From: a bacterium
GTDB lineage: Bacteria; SAR324; XYD2-FULL-50-16; G965216635
Length of the DNA: 64,000 nt
Assembly: GCA_965216635.1 (NCBI GenBank)
Contig: OZ244188.1
Span: 608,001-672,000 of the forward strand
Direction of reading: 5' to 3'
Numbering within the stretch: position 1 is the stretch's first letter; each line of letters starts with the position of its first letter. Under the pieces are notes generated by a model, which worked only from the letters and a program-made list of their open reading frames with translations, was not told where the DNA came from and did not search any database. Positions 49,303 through 59,270 of this stretch are shown in pieces. The position numbers and the translations under genes were made by a program.

Positions 49303-49739
49303 GTGGGGGATTGTTTGGCTGTTTTTTACTTTATATTTTATTTAAAAACACCAACATTCAAATACTTGTATAAGAAACAACCATATTGAGACTGTTGCAT
49401 TAGTCTCTTAAAAGAGAGATACTACATAAGTATTTCTTTAATCAATACTTAAATTAAAAATCACTATGAAATGGAAAAAATGATATGTCCTTTTTTGCTA
49501 GATGCAAATTATAGAGTGCCCTAGTACAATTATCGTGGCACTACGATATTTCTCGTGGGTGAAAAATTTTCGCGACTTGTCTGGCTTTCCTATAATGTTA
49601 TCGTTTTAAAAAAAAATTATTTTCAGGTGATTTTTATCTTTGCCGTTGGTTTTTTTGTCTTAGCTGTTTTTTCTTGTTGATTTTTTGCTATAACAGAGAT
49701 AAGATTTTTTTATTATTGATTAAAACCGCAAAAAAAACT

Positions 49740-49882
49740 ATGACTACTATGATAGCCGAAGTTTATGAGGCTTTTATCAGTGCAGGAGTAAAAGAAAAAA
49801 AGCAGTAATATCTTTGAGTAAAAGAAAAAAAGCAAAAGAAGCGCTAGATATCAAAACAGATTTAAAAGTCTATTTTATTTAA
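49740..49882 (+). pseudogene. Remnant of a small coiled-coil protein gene (MTTMIAEVYEAFISAGVKEKK...)
   Basis: ATG at 49740, stop at 49808. A duplicated GAGTAAAAGAAAAAAAGCA continues as AKEALDIKTDLKV into a TIR-like end. Confidence 0.45.
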
Positions 49883-50030
49883 TGCCGTAGTGCAAAACTT
49901 AGTGTCAAGCAAGAACGAAATGTGAAACAGCCACTGGTTGTTTTACAAATAGCCTGTCTTGAATTTCAAGCAATAAGCTTATTTTGGCTAAACAGAATGA
50001 TAATGCTTTTTTATTATAACCTAAAACTCA

Positions 50031-50378
50031 ATGATTATGTCTAAATATATGTTGCTTTATAGAGCAGATCCTTCTTCAATGAAAGATATGACGGATGAAG
50101 AAAAACAAGCTATGATGGGTGAATGGAAAGAATGGTTTGGAAAGTTAAAAGCAGATGATTCTTTAGTGGACGCTGGAGCTCCTTTGATGTCTACAGCAAA
50201 AATTGTTTCTATGAACACAGTAGAGGACGGTCCTGTAAAATCTGGAGACACTTTTATTAATTATTATATGATTATAAAAGCAGAAAATATGGAGATGGCT
50301 GTGAAGATTGCTAGTGGTTCTCCAACTATAGAAAAAAATTCTATTGAAGTCAGGGAGATGATTAATATGCCTTTTTAA
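50031..50378 (+). CDS. YciI-family (DGPF-like) protein
   Basis: KYMLLYR, W..WF..L, GAPL, EDGP, YMIIKA....A..IA..SP, IEVRE. Confidence 0.8.
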   Translation: MIMSKYMLLYRADPSSMKDMTDEEKQAMMGEWKEWFGKLKADDSLVDAGAPLMSTAKIVSMNTVEDGPVKSGDTFINYYMIIKAENMEMAVKIASGSPTIEKNSIEVREMINMPF

Positions 50379-50411
50379 ACTTAAGTTTTTGAAATTTTGT
50401 TTTTAGTTATT

Positions 50412-50765
50412 TAGACCTTTGAATTTGCGTTATGTGATGGCTAGCCAAATGGTTAGAAAAGTGCGAAAAAATTTTTTAGCTCGTAGGAATACTCTCTTAC
50501 TGCTTAACACAAAATAAGGGTTATAGTAAAAGAGCCACTGGCTCTTTTACATTTCTTTTTTGGATTATGCAAATTTTGTAGTGTTTTTCACTACGATATT
50601 TCAAGAGTTAAAAATTTTTTTCAATGGCGTAGTAAAAAACACTACAAAACTTAAAGCTAACACAATATAGACTGCAAAAGAGCCAGTGGCTCTTTTGCTA
50701 AAGCCTGTATAGGGTGAAAGCAATAAGCTTGTTTTGGCTAAACAGAATGCAAATTCAAAAGTCTA
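50412..50765. mobile_element. MITE-like element, long inverted mosaic copy
   Basis: TAGACCTTTGAATTTGCGTT...AATGCAAATTCAAAAGTCTA; TATT on both flanks; two AAAAGAGCCA.TGGCTCTTTT hairpins. Confidence 0.82.
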
Positions 50766-50844
50766 TATTGACTTGTATATTTCAAAAAAAGTAAATTTTT
50801 TTTTACCAGCAAGCACTATGAACCTAACTTTTTTGTATTAAAAT

Positions 50845-53163
50845 ATGTTTTACAATCAAGAACAAAACAATGAGTATTATGTAGTCAATCCCGAAGGTTT
50901 GACTATGATTGCTTTAGAGCAAGAAGATAAAGTAGAAATTTGTGATCTTTATGGAGGGCAGACTTGTGAATTTGCCATTTATGATACTCAAGGAAAATCA
51001 GGAAACGGAGCGATTGATTTGAAAATGCCTTTAGAACATTTGCAACATTTAGAAAATAAGTTTTGCAATAGAGATGCTGCTGTGTTTTCTAAACTTAAAC
51101 TGCTAAAAATGAAAATTGAGCAGTTTAAGGGTTATAAAATTTTTGATAACGATGCTAAGGCTGGAGAAAAAATTCATTTTCAAAGTCTAAAAAACAGTCA
51201 AGTTATGGCTTTGACTGTGCCTTATAAGCCAATGGGGTTAGCAGAAAGTTCTCCCAGTAATGAGGTTTTTGTAAAAGTAAAAAGGAATGCAACCAATACT
51301 GATAATTCTATTTTTAAACTTCCAGAGCCTTTAGGAGAAATTGAAGATGAGTTTCTTATAGATGCATGCACTGCAAAGGCTTATTCAGTCAAAAAAGGGG
51401 ACTACATTCAAATTATTGATGTGAAGGGAAGACAGTGTTCGGATTTTTTAGCTTTTTCGGAATACAATCTAGACAAAGGAATAGAAGATGGTGTTGATAT
51501 ATCTGCTACTAGAAGCGCGGCTTGTGCTGCCTATCCTGCACCCGGTCTTTTTTCTAAATACTATACCAATGATAATAAACCATTAGTAGAAGTTGTTTGT
51601 GATACGATTGGAAGGCACGATACTTTTGGATTAGCTTGCGCTCCCAAATACTATGAAGATGTAGGCTATCCTGGTCATATTAGTTGTACTGAAAATTTCA
51701 ACCTTCAGTTGAAACATTATAGTATTGCTAAACGCACTGGTTGGCCCGCGGTTAATTTGTTTTATAATACTAGTATAGATTGCCATAACCAAATATTTGC
51801 TGATGAGTCTTGGTCTCAAGCGGGAGATTTTGTTTTATTTAAGGCTCACCAAAATTTACTCTGTGCTTCTTCGGCTTGTCCAGATGATATTAGTCCTGCA
51901 AATGGTTGGAATCCTACAGAAGTTTTTGTAAGAATTTACAAAGGAGATACCAGTGACAATAAAGGCATTATGAGTTCGCAGGGTTACCGTGTAAAACCTC
52001 ATGGTCCCTTAAAACTTACTCAAAAAAGCGGGTTTCATTCCAAAACCTCCAAACTCACAGGAAATTTTGTAGAATATAACGGTTTTTGGATGCCTCTGCA
52101 TTACAATAACTATGGAGCGATTAACGAATACTGGGCTTGTCGTCAAAAAGTAGCTGTTATAGATTTAAGTCCTTTGCGTAAGTTTGAAATCACAGGAACT
52201 GATGCAGAATTTTTAATGAACAAATCTTTTACCAGAAATATAAAAAAATTAACAATAGGACAGGTTGTTTATAGTGCCCTTTGTTATCCTACTGGAGGTA
52301 TGTTAGATGAGGGGACTATTTTTAAAATGAGTGATACTCATTTTCGTTGGATTGGAGGCTGTGATTATGCGGGCGAATTTTTAAGAGAAAAAGGATTAGA
52401 ATGGGGATTGGATGTGGAGGTAAAACCTTCTACAAGGGATATGCATAATATTGCGGTACAAGGACCTTTAAGTAGAGATTTACTAAAGAAAATTTTTTTG
52501 AATTTATCTGAACAACCAAACATAGAAGAGTTAGGTTGGTTTAGATTTAGTTTGGGACATCTAAAGAGCAAAACAAAGGAAATTTCTGTATTGGTTTCTA
52601 GAACTGGATTTACAGGAGAATTAGGCTATGAAATTTTTTGCCATCCGTGGGAGGCTCCGCTAGTTTGGGATCAGGTGATGGAGGCTGGAAAAGAATTTGA
52701 AATAGCTCCCATGGGTTTTGATGCTTTGGATATGTTGCGGATTGAAGCAGGACTCATAGTAGCAGGTAATGAATACTGCGACAGAACAGACCCTTTTGAG
52801 GCTGGAATAGGTTTTACAGTGCCTCTTAAAAGTAAAGAGGAAGATTTTACTAGCAAAGAAGCTTTAAAGAAAAGAAAAGAAAATCCACAAAAAAAACTAA
52901 TAGGTTTTGAGATGGAAGGAAGAGAACTTATTCATCATGGTGATTTAATTTTTGAAGACCGTTATTCTATAGGTGTTGTAACTAGTAGTAATTACTCTCC
53001 ATTTTCAGATAAAGTAATAGGTTACGCTTTGATGGATGTCCAGTATTGTGAAGTAGGGCTTGAAGTACAAGTTGGTAAATTAGACGGGCAACAAAAAAGA
53101 TTAAATGCTGTTTTGACTAGTTTCCCCGTCTATGATCCACAAAAAACCAGACCCCGTTCTTAA
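50845..53163 (+). CDS. tdm: DUF1989 + GcvT fusion, trimethylamine N-oxide demethylase-like
   Basis: GRQCSDF, DTIGRHDTFGLAC, HISCTENF, SSACPDDI..ANGWNPT, then DLSPLRKFE, SRTGFTGELGYE and LDMLRIEAGL; adjacent to the tmoXWV-like transporter. Confidence 0.82.
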   Translation: MFYNQEQNNEYYVVNPEGLTMIALEQEDKVEICDLYGGQTCEFAIYDTQGKSGNGAIDLKMPLEHLQHLENKFCNRDAAVFSKLKLLKMKIEQFKGYKIFDNDAKAGEKIHFQSLKNSQVMALTVPYKPMGLAESSPSNEVFVKVKRNATNTDNSIFKLPEPLGEIEDEFLIDACTAKAYSVKKGDYIQIIDVKGRQCSDFLAFSEYNLDKGIEDGVDISATRSAACAAYPAPGLFSKYYTNDNKPLVEVVCDTIGRHDTFGLACAPKYYEDVGYPGHISCTENFNLQLKHYSIAKRTGWPAVNLFYNTSIDCHNQIFADESWSQAGDFVLFKAHQNLLCASSACPDDISPANGWNPTEVFVRIYKGDTSDNKGIMSSQGYRVKPHGPLKLTQKSGFHSKTSKLTGNFVEYNGFWMPLHYNNYGAINEYWACRQKVAVIDLSPLRKFEITGTDAEFLMNKSFTRNIKKLTIGQVVYSALCYPTGGMLDEGTIFKMSDTHFRWIGGCDYAGEFLREKGLEWGLDVEVKPSTRDMHNIAVQGPLSRDLLKKIFLNLSEQPNIEELGWFRFSLGHLKSKTKEISVLVSRTGFTGELGYEIFCHPWEAPLVWDQVMEAGKEFEIAPMGFDALDMLRIEAGLIVAGNEYCDRTDPFEAGIGFTVPLKSKEEDFTSKEALKKRKENPQKKLIGFEMEGRELIHHGDLIFEDRYSIGVVTSSNYSPFSDKVIGYALMDVQYCEVGLEVQVGKLDGQQKRLNAVLTSFPVYDPQKTRPRS

Positions 53164-53237
53164 TCTAGTGAAAAATTTATAACCTTTAAAAATTTTCTAC
53201 TTGATATTTTGTAAAAAATATTTTATTAAAACAAATT

Positions 53238-53306
53238 GAGACCTTTTGAATTAGCGTTATGTGACGGCAGAGCGTTTTTTGGCTAGAATGCTAATTCAAA
53301 TGTCTC
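53238..53306. mobile_element. Short 69-bp MITE-like element
   Basis: GAGACCTTTTGAATTAGCGTT...AATGCTAATTCAAATGTCTC; flanks AAATT/AGATT. Confidence 0.7.
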
Positions 53307-53328
53307 AGATTTAATTAACAATAATATT

Positions 53329-53508
53329 ATGGGACTACCAACTACTAGATTTGATGTCAACCAACTCAGTAAAAAAGATCAAAGCAAATTTTTAAAGAGA
53401 TTGGAAGAAACAGACAAAGGTAAGCATAGAGTTAGTGAGGGAGAATTGAAAAAAATAAAAGAAACGGTTGAAAGAACAGAATTTGTACTCCACAGAAAAA
53501 CAATTTAG
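53329..53508 (+). CDS. Small charged protein (59 aa), putative antitoxin of the downstream GNAT
   Basis: Not in the ORF track. MGLPTTRFDVNQLSKKDQSKFLKRLEETDKGKHRVSEGELKKIKETVERTEFVLHRKTI; overlaps the GNAT start. Confidence 0.5.
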   Translation: MGLPTTRFDVNQLSKKDQSKFLKRLEETDKGKHRVSEGELKKIKETVERTEFVLHRKTI

Positions 53509-54047
53509 TTTTTCCTATCTAAGTTTAGAAGAAAAACGACCATCTTTTGATTGCGGAGAACGAGATTTAAATGAAATTTTCGCTTTGGAATCTCTAGAAA
53601 CAGATAGAGATTTTTTAACTACTACTTATGTTTTAAAGTTAAAAAAAAAGATCAAATTGTTGCTTTCTGTTGCCTCGCTGTTGATTTGTTTCAAACAAAA
53701 AATTTCACAAGTGAACCTCCTTACAAAAAAAAACTAACAGATTTGTCTCTTTCCCGAAATAGCAAAGAATTACCAGCTATAAGAATCAAAAGTTTGCCGT
53801 AGAAAAATCTATGCAAAAAAAAAGTATTGGCAGTGAATTTCTTACTGATATAAAATATTTTTGTTTGAATGAGTGCGGAATCAGGATCCGATTTATTATA
53901 CTAGATGCCCTGAATAAACCAAGTGTAACAAACTTTTATAAAAAAAATAAGTTTCATTTTTTTACAAGTGATAATATTAGAGCTCAAATTAGACCTATGT
54001 ATTTTAATCTGAAGGAATTGCAACGTTCTATTACTAAAAATTCATAA
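53468..54047 (+). pseudogene. GNAT acetyltransferase (TA toxin-like) broken by two frameshifts
   Basis: SFDCGERDLN...TTTYV in the first frame, DQIVAFCCLAVD...ELPAIRIK in the second and FAVEKSMQKKSIGS...FIILDALN...NFYKKNKF...MYFNL in the third. Shifts at A9 (53641) and A4 (53787). Confidence 0.75.
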
Positions 54048-54054
54048 ATTTTCA

Positions 54055-54825
54055 ATGTTAGAAAATCAAATGCCTCAAAAAAGCGGATTTTATAATCAAT
54101 TATCTCAATTAAACGCTGATTTTGGAGAAAAAGACGGATTTTTGATAGCGCAGTCTTTTCAGGATCAGACTATTGATGAAGAATGTAAGGCATGTCAAGA
54201 GAAAGTGGCAATAACAGATACTAGTTTTTTGCGTAAATTTGAAATTATTGGCGTAGATGCGACTATTTTTGTAAAAAAAATTTTCAATCAAGATTTGAAT
54301 AGATTGGCTTGTCAGGAATTGACCCAGATTGCTTTGTTCCAAGATAACGGAGAAAAAATAGACGAAGGAAATATTTTAAAAATCTGTCCAACTCACTTTC
54401 GTTGGATTGGAAGTAGTAATAATTCTGGTAATTTTTTTACAAGTAAAATTTTAGAATGGAATCTTAAGGTCAAAATCACTGATACCACAGATAAAATAAA
54501 TAGTTTGGCGGTTTTAGGTCCTTTAAGTAAAGAATTATTAAAAAAAATAATTTGGACTCCGCCTCATCAGCCAAATGTAGAGCAATTAGAGAAGTTTCGC
54601 TTGACTCTTGCTCGTTTAGAGCTAGAACAAGGAATAAGTTTGGTCATTTTACGCACAGATTTGGGTAAAAAACTAGGATACGAGGTTTTTTGTTCTTCAG
54701 AGCATGCAGAAAATCTATGGAAAAAAATCATTCAAGCGGGAAAAGAATTTGGGGTGATTCCTATAGGTTTTAAGGCTTTAGAAGGCTATTTTCAAAAATA
54801 TTTTTTTAAAAATATTATTAAATAA
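54055..54825 (+). CDS. Short GcvT-like protein, divergent partial paralog of the Tdm C-terminal domain
   Basis: QKSGF, DTSFLRKFEI.G.DA, THFRWIG, GPLSKELLKKI, LGYEVFC; lacks the RIEAG/C-terminal barrel. Confidence 0.7.
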   Translation: MLENQMPQKSGFYNQLSQLNADFGEKDGFLIAQSFQDQTIDEECKACQEKVAITDTSFLRKFEIIGVDATIFVKKIFNQDLNRLACQELTQIALFQDNGEKIDEGNILKICPTHFRWIGSSNNSGNFFTSKILEWNLKVKITDTTDKINSLAVLGPLSKELLKKIIWTPPHQPNVEQLEKFRLTLARLELEQGISLVILRTDLGKKLGYEVFCSSEHAENLWKKIIQAGKEFGVIPIGFKALEGYFQKYFFKNIIK

Positions 54826-54843
54826 ATTTTTTTTTAAAAAAAG

Positions 54844-54873
54844 TTGACAATTTTTATAATTGTTTGTTATTCT
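54844..54873 (+). promoter_or_regulatory. Putative sigma70 promoter for tmoX
   Basis: TTGACA-N18-TATTCT with TGn before the -10. Confidence 0.45.
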
Positions 54874-54902
54874 TTTATCTTGTCGTACTGTTTTTTTGTT
54901 AG

Positions 54903-55913
<1,011 letters not shown>

Positions 55914-55930
55914 AAAAAGATAAAACCTTT

Positions 55931-56343
55931 GAGACCTTTGAATTAAGCATTATAGGAAAGTTAGACAAGGCACAAAAGTTTTTTATGACGAAAAATATCG
56001 TCTTGCAAAACACTCTATAATAGACCTTTGAGTTTCGCTGATGTGACGGGCTAGTCAAATGGTTAGAGCAGGTGCGAAAAAAATCTTTAGCTTGCTGGAA
56101 TATTGAAGAGAATTTCTTCACAAATGGCAAGAGTTAAAAATTTTTTTCAACGCTGCATAGGCCAAACAGAATGCAAATTCAAAAGTCTATATAATTTGCA
56201 GTTAGCAAAAGTGGGATGTAAAAAGATCCTGTGGCTCTTTTACTTTAACCTTTATTTTGTGTTAAGCAATAAGAGTATTTTGAGGAATAAAAAGCTTGAG
56301 CAACGTTGTATAGCCGAACTAGAAAATCTAATTCAAAGGTCTT
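55931..56343. mobile_element. Outer element with a nested copy at 56021..56189
   Basis: Outer GAGACCTTTGAATTA...TAATTCAAAGGTCTT; inner TAGACCTTTGAGTTT...AAATTCAAAAGTCTA with exact TATAA duplication. Confidence 0.8.
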
Positions 56344-56428
56344 AAAATAAATTATTTCCCCAATGTTTGAATACTATGCGAATGTTGGGGTTTCTTTTTT
56401 TTTCCAAAAATCTCTCTAAAAAACACGC

Positions 56429-57469
56429 ATGTCTCATAAAGACTCCTCTCCCGTCGTTCTACAATGCCAATCACTTTATAAAATTTTTGGAGAAAATCCT
56501 CGCCGATTTTTGAAGCAAAATGGTGGTGAAGTTAAAGATGAAAAACTTTTTCAAAAAAGTGGCTATATTGTAGCTGTTAATAATGTTTCTCTTGAAGTAC
56601 ACGAAGGAGAAATTCTTATCATTATGGGACTATCTGGTTCTGGAAAATCTACTCTGGTTCGTTGCTTATCAAGATTGATTAAATCTACCGCTGGTAGTGT
56701 TACCTTTGAAGGTAGAAATCTTTTGACTATGAATGCTAAAGATTTAATTCAATTAAGAAGGCATAAAATGGGTATGGTTTTTCAAAACTTTGCACTTCTC
56801 CCACACAAGACAGTTTTACAAAATATTGCTTTTCCTCTTCAGGTAAGGGATAAAAATACGAAAAAAAATATTCGTAGAGCTAGAGAGATGATAAAGCTCG
56901 TTAGTCTTGATGGTAGAGAAAATTATTTTCCCAGAGAACTATCAGGAGGGCAACAACAAAGAGTAGGGATTGCACGTTCACTAGCAGTAGAGCCTGATGT
57001 CTGGTTTTTAGATGAACCCTTTTCTGCCTTAGACCCTTTGATTAGACACGAAATGCAAGATGAATTTTTAAGATTACAATCTTTACTCAAAAAAACTATT
57101 GTTTTCATCACCCACGATTTTAATGAAGCACTCAGACTATCAGATAGAGTAGCTATTATGTATAATGGTAAAATTGAGCAAATTGGCACTCCAGCAGAAA
57201 TTGTTTTAAACCCTAAAACTAGTTATATCAAAAAATTCACCAATGAAATTCCTAGAGAAAAAGTGCTAACAGTGACTTCGGTGATGGACAAACTAGAAAA
57301 AAACGAAAAATTAACTCAAAAGAGTATTTTAGAAAATGAGTTAATTGAAAAAGTAGCCGAACAGGTCTTAGGAGAAGAAAAACCAGTCCCAGTAAAAAAC
57401 TCAAAAGGGCAAATGGTAGGAGTTTTGCACCGCAAAAAAGTTCTTAATATATTGTTCGGTAAAAGATAA
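56429..57469 (+). CDS. tmoW: Quaternary amine ABC transporter ATPase (ProV/TmoW-like)
   Basis: MGLSGSGKST, LSGGQQQRVG, DEPFSALDPLIR.EMQDE, FITHD. Confidence 0.8.
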   Translation: MSHKDSSPVVLQCQSLYKIFGENPRRFLKQNGGEVKDEKLFQKSGYIVAVNNVSLEVHEGEILIIMGLSGSGKSTLVRCLSRLIKSTAGSVTFEGRNLLTMNAKDLIQLRRHKMGMVFQNFALLPHKTVLQNIAFPLQVRDKNTKKNIRRAREMIKLVSLDGRENYFPRELSGGQQQRVGIARSLAVEPDVWFLDEPFSALDPLIRHEMQDEFLRLQSLLKKTIVFITHDFNEALRLSDRVAIMYNGKIEQIGTPAEIVLNPKTSYIKKFTNEIPREKVLTVTSVMDKLEKNEKLTQKSILENELIEKVAEQVLGEEKPVPVKNSKGQMVGVLHRKKVLNILFGKR

Positions 57470-57636
57470 TACAGAGATAGAATTAAAATTAATTGAAAAA
57501 TTTTTAAAGAAAATCGCAAGCTAGATTATGATAAAATTCCCTATAAAAATAAGAAGAAAGAATAGATAATGTTGACAATATTTTAAAATATATTAAGAAT
57601 AAAAAACTAACTTATACACAACTTACAAAATAAAAA

Positions 57637-59028
57637 ATGAAAAAAGAGATAACTTTAGCAAATATTTCTGAACAATTATATGAGTTAAAAACAGATGTTG
57701 GAGATTTAAAAGGCGGTGTTGGGAAATTAGAAGACAGTGTTGGGAAATTAGAAGGCAGTGTTGGGAAATTAGAAGGCAGTGTTGGGAAATTAGAAGGCAG
57801 TTTTGGGGAATTAGAAGACAGTGTTGGGAAATTAGAAAGTGGAGTAGGTAAATTAGAAGGCAGTTTTGGGGAATTAGAAGACAGTGTTGGGAAATTAGAA
57901 AGTGGAGTAGGTAAATTAGAAGGCAGTTTTGGGGAATTAGAAGGAAGTGTTGGAAAATTAGAAGGAAGTGTTGGTAAATTAGAAGGCAGTGTTGGGAAAT
58001 TAGAAGGCAGTGTTGGGAAATTAGAAGGAAGTGTTGGGGAATTAGAAGGAAGTGTTGGGAAATTAGAAGGAAGTGTTGGGAAATTAGAAGGAAGTGTTGG
58101 GAAATTAGAAGGAAGTGTTGGGAAATTAGAAGGAAGTGTTGGGAAATTAGAAGGAAGTGTTGGGGAATTAGAAGGAAGTGTTGGGGAATTAGAAGGAAGT
58201 GTTGGGAAATTAGAAGGCGGTGTTGGGAAATTAGAAAGCAGTGTTGGGAAATTAGAAGGCGGTGTTGGGAAATTAGAAGACAGTGTTGGAAAATTAGAAG
58301 GCAGTGTTGGAGGATTAGAAGGAAGTGTTGGGGGGTTAGAAGGAAGTGTTGGGAAATTAGAAGGCAGTGTTGGGGGATTAGAAGACAGTGTTGGGAAATT
58401 AGAAGACAGTGTTGGGAAATTAGAAGGCAGTGTTGGAGGATTAGAAGGCAGTGTTGGGGGATTAGAAGGCAGTGTTGGGAAATTAGAAGGCAGTGTTGGG
58501 GGACTAGAAGACAGTGTTGGGAAATTAGAAGACAGTGTTGGTGGTTTACGGAGAGAATTTAATGGTTATATAAAAAACACAGGGACACACTTAGAAGACA
58601 CTGTAGAAAATTTTTTAATTAGAAAACAAGAAAAAAACAAACCAATAAAAATAAAGGATTTAAAAATAGACGGAAATAACATTGAATTTTATCGTTATAA
58701 ACGGACGGAGGAAGAAAAGGAAAAATTTGAAATAGATTTTTTATTATTTAACTCTCAATATTTAGGGGTAGTGGAAGTAAAAAGAAAAATTATACCAGAA
58801 GATATAGATAAATTTTTTACTAGAACGATACCAAAATTTCAAAAAAGTAAAAACTATATAAGCAATCTTTCAACTTTTGAAATACTACCAATTTTTATTT
58901 CTAGAATAAAAATACAAGATGGTATAATTGACTATTATGTCAAAAAATTTTATAACAAACACACTCCAGCATTTTTTTTAGAAGAACAAAATAAGACCAA
59001 TTTTGTGGTTAAAAATCAGGATCAGTAA
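57637..59028 (+). CDS. Heptad-repeat (VGKLEGS, about 40 copies) coiled-coil protein with a C-terminal PD-(D/E)xK nuclease-like domain
   Basis: 21-bp tandem repeat at about 57697..58549; C-terminal G..LED.VE, EIDFLL, VVEVKRKI..EDI.KF. Confidence 0.72.
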   Translation: MKKEITLANISEQLYELKTDVGDLKGGVGKLEDSVGKLEGSVGKLEGSVGKLEGSFGELEDSVGKLESGVGKLEGSFGELEDSVGKLESGVGKLEGSFGELEGSVGKLEGSVGKLEGSVGKLEGSVGKLEGSVGELEGSVGKLEGSVGKLEGSVGKLEGSVGKLEGSVGKLEGSVGELEGSVGELEGSVGKLEGGVGKLESSVGKLEGGVGKLEDSVGKLEGSVGGLEGSVGGLEGSVGKLEGSVGGLEDSVGKLEDSVGKLEGSVGGLEGSVGGLEGSVGKLEGSVGGLEDSVGKLEDSVGGLRREFNGYIKNTGTHLEDTVENFLIRKQEKNKPIKIKDLKIDGNNIEFYRYKRTEEEKEKFEIDFLLFNSQYLGVVEVKRKIIPEDIDKFFTRTIPKFQKSKNYISNLSTFEILPIFISRIKIQDGIIDYYVKKFYNKHTPAFFLEEQNKTNFVVKNQDQ

Positions 59029-59270
59029 ATTCCGTCAATAAAAAACTAGACACCAAAGTGAAAACTATCCCCGAAGCAAATACAAGAGAAAGACTGCACC
59101 TACAAACCACCTATTTAAAAAAGGCAGAAAAAGAAAATCAAGACTTTGAAAGTGATATGAATAAAGCGATAAAATTTGGAAATCTTAAATAAAATTTTTT
59201 TATAAACAATACGTAAGTTTTTACCTCAAGAAACTTATGTATCTAATTCCCTGATTTTTTAAATATTGAT

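Noticed and set aside
57697..58549. CRISPR array or non-coding satellite
   Set aside because: 21-bp contiguous in-frame units inside an open 463-aa ORF.
59029..59192. Short open frame after the heptad-repeat gene (VKTIPEANTRERLHLQ...)
   Set aside because: Under 60 codons, no clear ribosome-binding site or family; possible remnant but unsupported.
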